Source of the DNA: Actinomycetota bacterium
GTDB lineage: Bacteria > Actinomycetota > Actinomycetes > S36-B12 > UBA10799
Assembly (NCBI GenBank): GCA_963169225.1
Contig: CAUJDH010000030.1
Coordinates: 8,738 to 72,737 of the forward strand
Length of the DNA stretch: 64,000 bases
Direction: 5' to 3'
Part shown: piece after piece, positions 54,544 to 64,000 of the stretch
Layout of the letters: every line of letters begins with the position of its first letter
Position numbering within the stretch: the first letter of the stretch is position 1
Made by a program: the position numbers and the translations under genes
Notes under the pieces: model-generated
Told to the model about the DNA's origin: nothing
The model's input: the letters and a program-made list of their open reading frames with translations, nothing else
Databases searched by the model: none

Positions 54544-57500
54544 GTGCAACGAACCTTTTCGAACCTGCCCGAAGCGCAAGGTCTCTATGACCCTGCGTTC
54601 GAACACGACGCTTGTGGTGTCGCATTTGTGGCAACCCTTACGGGTGAACCCACACACGAGATGGTGCAAAACGCGATCGTAGCCCTTGAGAACCTTGACC
54701 ACCGTGGTGCGTCAGGTGCCGATCCAGCAACTGGCGACGGTGCAGGAATCCTGACCCAGATGCCCGATGAGTTCTTGCGGGGCGTTACCGATTTCGATTT
54801 GCCAGAACCAGGGCACTACGCCGCCGGTATCGGTTACCTTCCCGCCGACCTCGAGGCTGCTGAGGCCGCAGCTCTAGTTGTTGAAACTATTGCTCAAGAA
54901 GAAGGCGTTACGGTTCTTGGTTGGCGCGATGTTCCGATCGTGTCCGACATGATTGGACAGGCTTCGCTCGATGCCATGCCATCTTTCAAGCAGCTGTTTA
55001 TCTCAGTTGAACGCGACGGCACCTTACTGACGGATCTTGCCCTAGAGCGCAAGGCGTTCGTGGTGCGCAAACGTGCCGAGCATGAGGCAGGCGTGTACTT
55101 CCCATCGCTCTCAGGCCGCACCATCGTCTACAAAGGCATGCTCACTACCGGTCAGCTCAAGGAGTTCTACCCGGATCTTTCGGATGAGCGTTTCAAATCG
55201 GCGATTGGTTTGGTTCACTCGCGCTTCTCGACAAACACGTTCCCGAGTTGGCCGTTGGCGCATCCGTTCCGTTTGATCGCACACAACGGCGAAATCAACA
55301 CGGTCAAGGGCAACCGCAACTGGATGCGTGCCCGTGAGGCCACGCTTGTGTCGGACTTGATCTATTGAGACCTCAAGCGACTGTTCCCGATCTGCAGCCC
55401 TACGGGCAGTGACTCGGCTAGCTTCGACGAGGTTCTTGAGCTTCTCTACTTGGGTGGACGTTCGCTGCCACATTCCGTGTTGATGATGATCCCTGAGGCT
55501 TGGGAGAACAACCTCGATATGGATCCGCAACGTCGCGCGTTCTACCAGTACCACTCTGCGCTCATGGAGCCGTGGGATGGACCCGCGAGCGTCTCCTTCA
55601 CCGACGGCAAGATGATCGGCGCCGTGCTTGACCGCAACGGTCTGCGCCCAGGTCGATTCTGGGTCACCGATGACGGTCTTGTCGTGTTGGGATCCGAAGC
55701 AGGCGTTCTCGAAGTCGATCCGGCCAAGGTCGTCAGGCGCGGACGCTTACAGCCAGGTCGCATGTTCTTGGTCGACACTGAAGCCGGTCGAATCATCGAG
55801 GATGACGAGATCAAGGCGCAGGTCGCTAGCGAAGCTCCGTATCAGCAGTGGCTCAATGATGGCTTGGTTCATTTGGAGGAACTGCCAGACCGAGAGCACG
55901 TCGTCCACACCCACACCTCGGTTCAGCGCCGCCAGCAGGCTTTTGGATATACCGAAGAAGAGCTGCGGATTTTGATCAAGCCGATGGCGGTATCGGGTGC
56001 TGAGGCTATTGGTTCCATGGGTACCGATACGCCGATTGCTGCGATCGACGAACGGCCTCGATTGCTGTTCGACTACTTCTCGCAGCTGTTCGCCCAGGTG
56101 ACTAACCCGCCGCTTGATGCGATTCGCGAGGAGATCGTTACTTCTTTGCACTGCGGTATCGGCCCCGAGACAAACCTGTTGGAGGCCTCGCCAGACGCTT
56201 GCCGTCATATCGCCCTGTCGTTCCCGGTGATCGACAACGATCAATTGGCCAAGATCCTGCACATCGAAGATGGCGAAGGCGTCGAGGGTTATTCGGCCAT
56301 CAAGGTTTCCTCGTTGTACCGCGTCGAGGGCGGGGCCCAGGCGCTTGAGGAGCGCCTTGAGGAGATCTTCGCTGAGATCGACGCAGCTGTTGAACAAGGC
56401 GTCGACTTCATCGTGCTGTCCGACCGCGATAGCGATATGGACCTAGCTCCGATCCCATCTCTGCTCGCGACTTCGGCTGTGCACCATCACTTGGTGCGTC
56501 AGAAGACCCGCACCCAGGTGAGTCTGATCATCGAGTCCGGTGATGTCCGTGAGGTTCATCATGTGGCCTTGCTGATCGGTTATGGCGCAGCTGTGGTCAA
56601 CCCATACCTCGCGATGGAAACCGTCGAGGACATGGTGCGTGACGGCTCGATCGTCGGTATCGAGGCTGAGAAGGCAGTACGCAACTTGGTCAAGGCGCTC
56701 GGCAAGGGCGTGCTCAAGGTGATGAGCAAGATGGGTATCTCGACTGTTGCCTCCTACCGTGGTGCGCAAGTGTTCGAAGCTATCGGTCTGTCCCAAGAAC
56801 TGGTCGACAAGTACTTCACAGGCACCACCTCTAAGCTGGGCGGAATTGGACTCGAAGGCATTGCGCGCGACGTTGAGCGTCGCCACCGCGTGGCCTACCC
56901 ACTGTCGGGCATTGCGCCTGCGCACCGGACTCTCGTGGTCGGTGGCGAGTACCAGTGGCGCCGTGAGGGCGAGCCACACTTGTTCAACCCGGAGACCGTG
57001 TTCCGTCTTCAACATTCGACTCGCGCCAAGCGTGCCGACATCTTCAAGGAATACACGGACTTGGTGGACGATCAATCCAAGTCACTCATGACCTTGCGCG
57101 GAATGTTCAAGTTCAAAGAAGGTGAACGAGAGCCGATTTCGATCGACGAGGTCGAGCCAATCAGCGAGATCGTCAAGCGATTCTCAACCGGCGCTATGTC
57201 CTATGGTTCGATCTCGCAAGAAGCTCACGAGACGCTTGCTATTGCCATGAACCGCTTGGGCGGCAAGTCCAATACCGGTGAAGGTGGCGAAGATCCTGCG
57301 CGCTGGACTCCAGATGAGAATGGTGATTCGCGTCGCTCTGCCATCAAGCAGGTCGCGTCCGGTCGGTTCGGTGTGACGAGTGCCTACTTGGTCAACTCGG
57401 ACGATATTCAGATCAAGATGGCCCAGGGTGCCAAGCCCGGCGAGGGTGGACAGTTGCCCGCGCACAAGGTGTATCCGTGGGTTGCCCGCACGCGTCACTC

Positions 57501-59088
57501 GACACCGGGTGTTGGTTTGATTTCGCCTCCACCGCACCACGACATTTATTCGATTGAGGACTTGGCTCAGCTGATCCACGATCTCAAGAACTCGAACCCG
57601 ATTGCTCGTATCAACGTCAAGTTGGTGTCCGAGGTCGGTGTCGGAACTGTTGCTGCTGGCGTAGCCAAGGCGCACGCTGACGTGATCTTGGTTTCCGGTC
57701 ACGACGGTGGAACCGGCGCCTCGCCGCTCACTAGTCTCAAGCACGCAGGTGGTCCTTGGGAGTTGGGGCTTGCCGAGACTCAACAAACTCTGCTGCTAAA
57801 CGGGCTGCGTGACCGTGTCACGATCCAGACTGACGGTCAGCTTAAGACTGGCCGCGATGTCATGATCGCTGCGCTCTTGGGTGCAGAGGAGTATTGCTTC
57901 GCAACTGCTCCACTCGTGGTCATGGGCTGCATCATGATGCGCGTATGTCACTTGGATACCTGTCCGGTCGGTGTTGCGACACAGAACCCGGTGTTGCGTG
58001 AGCGTTTCACGGGCCAGGCCGATCATGTCGTGAACTTTTTCGAGTTCCTGGCGGAACAAGTCCGTGGCTACCTGGCTGAGCTTGGCTTCCGCAGTCTCGA
58101 TGAGGCAATCGGACATTCGGAGATGATCGATGCCAGTGCAGCAATTGATCACTGGAAAACCGAAGGTATGGATCTGACTCCGATCCTGGAGCAGGTTGAC
58201 GTTCCGGAAGGTAGTTCGTTCATTCGTCGAATCGACCAAGATCATGGCCTCGACAAGGCTTTGGACCAAGAGCTGATCAAGATCTCGTCTGACGCTTTGG
58301 CTGATGGTTCGCCGGTTCGAGCCCAGCTCAAGATCCGCAATGTGAACCGTACTGTCGGCACCATGCTCGGTAGCGAGGTCACTCGCCAATTTGGTCCCGC
58401 GGGACTTCCGGACGGAACGATCGATATCACCTTCGAAGGTTCCGCTGGTCAATCCTTCGGAGCATTCCTACCTAGCGGTGTGACGTTGCGACTCGAGGGT
58501 GATGCCAACGACTATGTCGGCAAAGGACTTTCGGGTGGACGTCTTGTCGTCCGGCCAGATCGCAATGCGCCAATCGTGGCAGAGGAACACACGATTGCTG
58601 GCAACGTGATCGCTTACGGTGCAACCTCGGGCAACATCTTCCTGCGCGGAATCGTGGGCGAGCGCTGCTGCGTGCGAAACAGCGGTGCGACCGTCGTTGT
58701 TGAGGGCGCGGGTGACCACTTATGCGAATACATGACTGGCGGTGTAGCTGTGGTGCTTGGGCCAACTGGGCGCAACGTTGCTGCCGGTATGTCCGGCGGT
58801 GTGGCGTACATTCTGGATCTTGATGAGCGTCAACTCAATCGCGAGTTGGTGGAGATCGAAGAGCTTAGCCAAGCCGACAATGTCGAGCTACGCAAGATCG
58901 TTGCCGACCATGCAGAAGAGACACACTCCGAGGTAGCCCTTGGGCTTCTTGAGCAGTGGGAATCGTCGATCAGCCGATTCAAAAAGATCATGCCACGTGA
59001 CTACAAGAAGGTCTTGCTGGCGATTGAGAAGGCTGAACTCGAAGGAACGAATGTAGACGAAGCGATTATGGAGGCTGCTCGTGGCTGA
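54544..59088 (+). pseudogene. gltB: Glutamate synthase large subunit, interrupted by one in-frame TGA at 55366..55368
   Basis: ORFs 54424..55368 and 55450..59088 are in the same frame. The GTG at 54544 follows GGGAGA. Motifs: ACGVAFVA (Ntn Cys), [40 protein letters not shown], and the C-terminal GXGXG beta-helix. The conserved sequence [26 protein letters not shown] continues directly after the stop. Confidence 0.9.
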
Positions 59089-60535
59089 TCCACAAGGTTT
59101 TCTGAACGCGGACCGCGAGGTCCCAAAGTCCCGGCCAGTTGATGTTCGTATTCAAGACTGGAAGGAAGTCTACGAAGACTTCGAAAAGGACAAGCTTGAG
59201 CGCCAAGCAAGTCGCTGTATGCAGTGTGGAATCCCGTTCTGCCATCAGGGCTGCCCACTGGGCAACTTGATCCCTGAGTGGAACGATTTGGTGCACCGTC
59301 AGCACTGGCACGAGGCTAGTGAGCGACTGCACGCCACCAATAACTTCCCTGAGTTCACCGGTCGTATTTGCCCGGCTCCTTGCGAGACTTCCTGTGTGCT
59401 GGGCATTAGTCAGCCGGCGGTGACGATCAAGCAGATCGAGGTAGAGATCGCTGACGCAGCGTGGGATGAAGGATGGGTTCAACCTCAGGCACCTGATCGA
59501 CTAACGGGTAAGACGGTAGCTGTCGTGGGTTCCGGCCCAGCTGGTTTGGCTGCCGCGCAGCAGTTGGCTCGTGCCGGTCACACTGTCGCTGTCTACGAAC
59601 GTGACGATCGCCCGGGCGGACTGCTTCGTTATGGCATCCCGGAGTTCAAGCTCGAGAAGCGCCACGTCGACCGTCGGATCGAGCAAATGGAGGCCGAAGG
59701 CGTCAAGTTCCGTACTGGCGTCGAGGTTGGCGTTGACATCACAGGAGAACAGCTGCGTGCTCGCTATGACGCTGTCGTGATCGCTACAGGTGCTACCGTC
59801 CGTCGCGAGCTTGAGATCGAAGGTCGCGAACATAAGGGCATCCATCAGGCGATGGAATACTTGCCGTGGGCCAACCGAGTCCAAGCTGGTGACCTTGAGG
59901 TGTCGCCGATCCACACCGAAGGCAAGCATGTTGTCGTGATCGGTGGCGGTGACACCGGAGCTGACTGTCTCGGTACAGCCACCCGTCAAGGGGCCGCCTC
60001 GGTAACTCAGCTTGAGATCATGGCTCGGCCGTCTGAGGAACGCAGTAGCGCACATCCGTGGCCGACTTATCCGATGATCTACCGAGTGTCCTCAGCTCAT
60101 GAGGAGAATGGTGAGCGCGTTTACGCGGTCAACACTCAACGATTTATTGACGATGGCAGTGGCAATGTTGCTGAACTCGAACTGTCCGAAGTTGAGTTCA
60201 AGGACGGACGTTTCGAGTCGGTCGAAGGTTCGACTAAGCGGCTACCCGCTGACTTTGTGTTCTTAGCAATGGGGTTCACCGGACCTGAGCAAGGCACCGT
60301 GGTGGCTCAATTGGATCTAGAGCTCGATGAGCGTGGAAACGTCAAGCGTGATTTGCAATACCAGTCGTCGGCTGAGGGTGTGTTCGTCGCAGGAGATGCT
60401 GGACGCGGTCAAAGCCTAGTAGTCTGGGCGATAGCAGAGGGAAGAGCTGCAGCTGCCTCGGTTGACAAGTACTTGACTGGTCATACGAACCTGCCGATTC
60501 CTATCCCACCAACAGCGCGTCCAATGGCGGTGTAA
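59081..60535 (+). CDS. gltD: Glutamate synthase small subunit
   Basis: Motifs [42 protein letters not shown]. It overlaps the gltB end by 8 nt. Confidence 0.95.
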   Translation: MADPQGFLNADREVPKSRPVDVRIQDWKEVYEDFEKDKLERQASRCMQCGIPFCHQGCPLGNLIPEWNDLVHRQHWHEASERLHATNNFPEFTGRICPAPCETSCVLGISQPAVTIKQIEVEIADAAWDEGWVQPQAPDRLTGKTVAVVGSGPAGLAAAQQLARAGHTVAVYERDDRPGGLLRYGIPEFKLEKRHVDRRIEQMEAEGVKFRTGVEVGVDITGEQLRARYDAVVIATGATVRRELEIEGREHKGIHQAMEYLPWANRVQAGDLEVSPIHTEGKHVVVIGGGDTGADCLGTATRQGAASVTQLEIMARPSEERSSAHPWPTYPMIYRVSSAHEENGERVYAVNTQRFIDDGSGNVAELELSEVEFKDGRFESVEGSTKRLPADFVFLAMGFTGPEQGTVVAQLDLELDERGNVKRDLQYQSSAEGVFVAGDAGRGQSLVVWAIAEGRAAAASVDKYLTGHTNLPIPIPPTARPMAV

Positions 60536-61984
60536 ATGCAAGCAAGACGAGCCAAGATCGTTTGTACGCTCGGACCAGCGAACGAAACCTATGACGAGAT
60601 CGAAGGTTTGATCCGCGCCGGAATGGACGTCGCCAGGCTCAATTTGTCACACGGTTCGCACGATGTGCTCTCCGATGTCGTCCTCAACATTCGCCGTGCC
60701 ACCGACCACACCGGTCGCGGGATTGGAATCTTGGCCGACCTCCAAGGACCCAAGATCCGGCTAGGAAACTTTGCCGAGGGTTCCGCAGAGCTCAGCGTGG
60801 GTCAAACATTCACTATCACCATCGAAGATATCCCCGGTGACGGCACGATCTGTTCCACAACTTACGAGGGCATCGTCAACGACGTGAACATCGGTGACCT
60901 GCTCTTGATCGATGATGGACGAATCTTGCTCCGCGCGACCGACAAGACCGAAACGCGAATTATTACTGAGGTTCTTGAGGGTGGGCGCGTGTCCAACCAT
61001 AAGGGGATCAACCTTCCAGGTGTTGCAGTCAATATCCCAGCGTTGACCGACAAAGACCAGGCAGACTTGCGCTGGGCACTTAGCGCCGGTGTTGACTTGA
61101 TCGCTTTATCGTTCGTTCGTGACGCAGATGATGTCGTGGACGTTCACCGAATCATGGACGAGATGGGTGTCCGAGTTCCGGTCTTAGCCAAGATCGAAAA
61201 GCCTCAAGCAGTGGCGAACTTGGACGATATTATTTCGGCTTTTGACGGGATCATGGTTGCTCGTGGCGATCTCGGTGTGGAGTTACCGATCGAACAGGTG
61301 CCGTTGGTGCAAAAGCGTGCGATCGAACTTGCCCGCGAAGCCGGAAAGCCAGTGATCGTGGCTACACAAATGCTGGATTCCATGACGACTGCCAGGCGCC
61401 CAACTCGCGCCGAGGCCTCCGACGTGGCGAACGCCGTGCTTGATGGGGCCGATGCGCTCATGCTTTCGCAAGAGACAAGTGTTGGCGACCATCCTGAACT
61501 GGTAGTTGACACTATGTCCCGGATTATTCGGCACGTCGAAGGTGATCATGAAGACTATGTGCCTTCGTTGTCAGTAGATGAATCCGGTTCAACAGCGCGG
61601 GCGTTAACTAAAGCGGCGACAGCAGTTGGTCTGTCGGTTGGAGCTAAATTTCTTTGCGCATTTACCGAGACCGGTCGATCAGCTCGTCTATTGGCTAGGC
61701 ACCGACCTGGGGTGCCGATCATGGCATTCACGCCCAACCAGAGTGTGCGCTCGCAGTTGGCGCTTGTCTGGGGCATCGAGACATTCCTGGTGGAAGAAGC
61801 AGATTCGACCGACCATATGGTCGAGCAGGTTGATCAGGAACTACTCGGTATTAATCGTTGCCAGCCTGGTGACCGAGTGGTGGTTGTTGCCGGTGTGCCA
61901 CCGGGAGTAACGGGCACCACAAACGGCATGCGTGTTCACGTTATGGGCCAAAAGGAACTAGACATCCGAGGTTCGGGGACCTAG
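60536..61984 (+). CDS. pyk: Pyruvate kinase
   Basis: Motifs KIVCTLGPA, MDVARLNLSHG, MVARGDLGVE, ATQMLDSM. Confidence 0.95.
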   Translation: MQARRAKIVCTLGPANETYDEIEGLIRAGMDVARLNLSHGSHDVLSDVVLNIRRATDHTGRGIGILADLQGPKIRLGNFAEGSAELSVGQTFTITIEDIPGDGTICSTTYEGIVNDVNIGDLLLIDDGRILLRATDKTETRIITEVLEGGRVSNHKGINLPGVAVNIPALTDKDQADLRWALSAGVDLIALSFVRDADDVVDVHRIMDEMGVRVPVLAKIEKPQAVANLDDIISAFDGIMVARGDLGVELPIEQVPLVQKRAIELAREAGKPVIVATQMLDSMTTARRPTRAEASDVANAVLDGADALMLSQETSVGDHPELVVDTMSRIIRHVEGDHEDYVPSLSVDESGSTARALTKAATAVGLSVGAKFLCAFTETGRSARLLARHRPGVPIMAFTPNQSVRSQLALVWGIETFLVEEADSTDHMVEQVDQELLGINRCQPGDRVVVVAGVPPGVTGTTNGMRVHVMGQKELDIRGSGT

Positions 61985-62029
61985 CGGTTAGCGATTGTTG
62001 GTTGGGGACGGTGGAGTAATCGACTTTTT

Positions 62030-62848
62030 CTAGATTGTCTCGGCTTCATGGTTCTCATTCGTTGCGAGTCCGAGGTATGGACCGGCCACGATACCGTTTT
62101 CCTCTATTGGGTCGATCGACAACCTGATGTCCTCATTACTGCCGATTGAATCCACGATGTCGCTGATGATGGTTGTTGTAAGTCCAGCGGCGAGTATCTC
62201 TGGATTTTCGTGAACCTGGTTGAGGACTAGCGGGACACCTGTCATATCTAGACTGAGAAATTCGGAGGTCTCGTCTGTCCGAATCCGACAACGAAGGGTG
62301 TCGTCTTCTCGCGCTACTTCAAGCTTTTCTATCGAGACTCCTGCCGGAATCAGGTTAGGTACCTCGGATATGAATCTGGTTATACCTTCTTCAAGATCAG
62401 TGTCTTTCATATGAGCTCGAGCGAAAGGGCTGTCGTTCAGGCTTATGTCACCCCAGAAGCGAACGTGCTCGCCGATAAATGGATGCCAGTACACGAAAGA
62501 TTCCCTTAAACCCGAGTTGCCGTCGGTTGCTTCTATATCTAAGTGGATGTCACTTGCGAAGGTTTCAGGGTCGAGGTTGAACCTTCCCATCTGACCGCCT
62601 TGGCAAATCTTGTTTGATTCCAGTACACGTTCGACATAAGCCATAAGCACGTCATCTTTATACCGATAGAGCGTTGTTATGAATCGGTCGTCTCCGGCCA
62701 CGGTTGGATAGGCTCCAACGATCCTTAGTTCATCAGTATTTCGAGTCCAGTGAACTGGTGCTGGCCAATCAACGTGAGCGGACACCAGTTTGTGAGTGAG
62801 GACAGTGAGCCACGCGTTCGCTTGCTCGGGAGTGAGTTGTCGCTTCAT
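62030..62848 (-). CDS. Hypothetical acidic cytoplasmic protein with no domain I recognise
   Basis: A 272-aa ORF with coherent coding appearance, no TM segment or signal peptide, and visibly lower GC than the flanking core genes. It is convergent with pyk. Confidence 0.5.
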   Translation of the reverse strand: MKRQLTPEQANAWLTVLTHKLVSAHVDWPAPVHWTRNTDELRIVGAYPTVAGDDRFITTLYRYKDDVLMAYVERVLESNKICQGGQMGRFNLDPETFASDIHLDIEATDGNSGLRESFVYWHPFIGEHVRFWGDISLNDSPFARAHMKDTDLEEGITRFISEVPNLIPAGVSIEKLEVAREDDTLRCRIRTDETSEFLSLDMTGVPLVLNQVHENPEILAAGLTTTIISDIVDSIGSNEDIRLSIDPIEENGIVAGPYLGLATNENHEAETI

Positions 62849-63062
62849 TGAAGACTCCTAGGGAACCGTTCTGGGTTTTGTTCAGTTTGATCGTAGGGCC
62901 AAGTCGCCTTCAGAACCTACAGCTGGCCAGATCGTGGATTAGTTGTCGAATATGGTCGAGGTCAATATGTAATAGCAGTTCTCATGTTGTCCTCTGAGTG
63001 GGTGAGCTTCTAAGAGGTTCGGCTAGTCGGCCGGGCAGCTCATATTCTTGGCTGCCAGGTAC

Positions 63063-63091
63063 TTGATCTTGTGGCTGGAGTAGTTTAGAAT
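63063..63091 (+). promoter_or_regulatory. Candidate housekeeping-sigma promoter (-35 TTGATC, 17-nt spacer, -10 TAGAAT)
   Basis: TTGATC at 63063..63068 and TAGAAT at 63086..63091. The -10 abuts and overlaps the SOS box. It is oriented toward the DUF222 gene at 63272. Confidence 0.4.
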
Positions 63092-63106
63092 CGAACAGAT
63101 GTTCGA
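63091..63106. promoter_or_regulatory. LexA (SOS) box, perfect TCGAAC-N4-GTTCGA
   Basis: TCGAACAGATGTTCGA exactly matches the actinobacterial/mycobacterial SOS-box consensus. It lies 166 nt upstream of the DUF222 start. Confidence 0.7.
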
Positions 63107-63271
63107 TAGGTGAATCCGGCTCAGGCTTCGGCTAAGGACCCAGGTTCGTGCTTTTTGTAGATGATCTGTTTGTTGGATGGCGTGTTGGTGAGGATGTGGT
63201 TTCCATTCGTTTTCGTTGAGTGCTGCTAATTGACTTTGGCAGCACACTAATCCGTGAGGAAGTGGTCTGTC

Positions 63272-64000
63272 ATGGCGGCACTAGCAAGTAACACGTTGAC
63301 ACATGCAAGCGATTTGTCGACTCTTGGCGAATCGTTGACCTCAAGTGATGCTGTGTCCATCGGCGACCACTTCTCCGTGAGTGACATTCTGACTAGCCAG
63401 AGCGAGGGTCTGGGCAGCAAGAACGTATTCGTCGGTAACCATACTGGCGATTTGGTTGGCCACGCGGCGACGGATATTGATCACGCTATTGATTGTGCCG
63501 AGTTCTTGTCTGGTTCAGAGGCAACGGATGAGTTGCAGCGGGTATCTGAGTTGTCGGCGAAGTTGGAGGCTTACCGGATCGCGCTTGTGGCCCGGGTGAA
63601 CAAGACTGAAGTATGGCGCGAGAATGATCCGAATGGAACTCCGTTGTCGTATTTGCGTCGTGAATTGACGTTGGATCATCGTGAGGCGAGAGCCGATTTG
63701 CGTCTGGCTGAGGGTTTAGAAGATGTCCCCGAACTTGCCGAGGCATTACGCACCGGGCGTATCACTCGGACAGCAGCAGATCTTATTTTGTCGATCGGTC
63801 AGCGTAATCCTCAACGCCAAGCAATGTTTCCCCAATATGTGAGCCTGTTCATCCAGATTGCCCGCAACGGAACCTTGTCGAAATTGCGGCAAGTCTTGCG
63901 TGCCTGGGCCGACCAAGTAGACCCGCTAGTGACTGCTTCGGACGAGTCGGACGCATTCCACCGACGTTATCTGCACATTAGTGAGCTTGGTGACGGAGTG
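63272..64000 (+). CDS. DUF222 (13E12-repeat / HNH endonuclease family) protein, 3' end outside the window
   Basis: Missing from the ORF track because it runs off the window. The ATG at 63272 follows GAGGAAG and the frame is open to base 64000. The layout ...LEAYRIALVARVNKTEVWRENDPNGTPLSYLRRELTLDHREARADLRLAEGLEDVPELAEALRTGRITRTAADLI...FHRRYLHISELGDGV matches the N-terminal DUF222 architecture. The HNH domain itself would lie beyond the window. Confidence 0.6.
   Translation, partial: MAALASNTLTHASDLSTLGESLTSSDAVSIGDHFSVSDILTSQSEGLGSKNVFVGNHTGDLVGHAATDIDHAIDCAEFLSGSEATDELQRVSELSAKLEAYRIALVARVNKTEVWRENDPNGTPLSYLRRELTLDHREARADLRLAEGLEDVPELAEALRTGRITRTAADLILSIGQRNPQRQAMFPQYVSLFIQIARNGTLSKLRQVLRAWADQVDPLVTASDESDAFHRRYLHISELGDGV

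Noticed and set aside
55366-55368. The gltB TGA as selenocysteine, or as a reassigned Gly codon (code-25-like)
   Set aside because: Many genes in the window terminate with TGA (for example pdtaR, coaE, gap, sufB), so TGA is a stop codon in this genome. I see no convincing SECIS-like hairpin at the expected distance downstream. This GltB position is not a known selenocysteine site.
55747-58452. A series of 200 to 218-aa ORFs antisense to gltB (55747..56397, 56443..57075, 57184..57786, 57796..58452). Similar ones lie opposite sufB/sufD (40672..41265, 42237..42995), and there is a frame-shifted ORF within tkt (31846..32670).
   Set aside because: All are shadow ORFs of highly conserved genes. 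They have no recognisable motifs and a codon-position bias consistent with the annotated strand and frame.

Overview
The window is mostly a core chromosomal segment of a moderately GC-rich actinobacterium. The gene order is the one I know from Mycobacterium, Corynebacterium and Micrococcales: pdtaR, polA, rpsA, coaE, uvrB, then uvrA, then uvrC-rapZ-yvcK-whiA-gap-pgk-tpiA-secG-rbpA, then pgl-tal-tkt, ctaB, ctaA, the suf operon, serB, and gltB-gltD-pyk. I call about 59 protein-coding genes. I saw no rRNA, tRNA, CRISPR array or intact transposon. I cannot point to a convincing novel multi-gene system. The only clearly accessory DNA is the last 2 kb: an orphan acidic 272-aa protein and a 3'-truncated DUF222/13E12-type (HNH family) gene that sits behind a perfect LexA box. 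Observations worth a second look: (1) gltB is interrupted by one in-frame TGA in an otherwise intact gene of about 1,500 codons. (2) A structured leader with an 18-codon uORF lies in front of an ABC-F ATPase and resembles a ribosome-dependent attenuator. (3) An SOS-box promoter sits upstream of the DUF222 gene, while uvrA, uvrB and uvrC show no SOS box. (4) The coaE P-loop lies upstream of any ATG/GTG/TTG, which implies a CTG start. (5) A DprE1-like oxidase is paired with an SDR-like protein that has no glycine-rich motif and no YxxxK. (6) An HTH protein carries a histone-H1-like AKKA repeat tail. (7) The pentose-phosphate cluster lacks zwf-opcA. (8) Two adjacent palindromes lie upstream of uvrC. 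All functional calls rest on by-eye motif recognition and synteny. No database search was possible.
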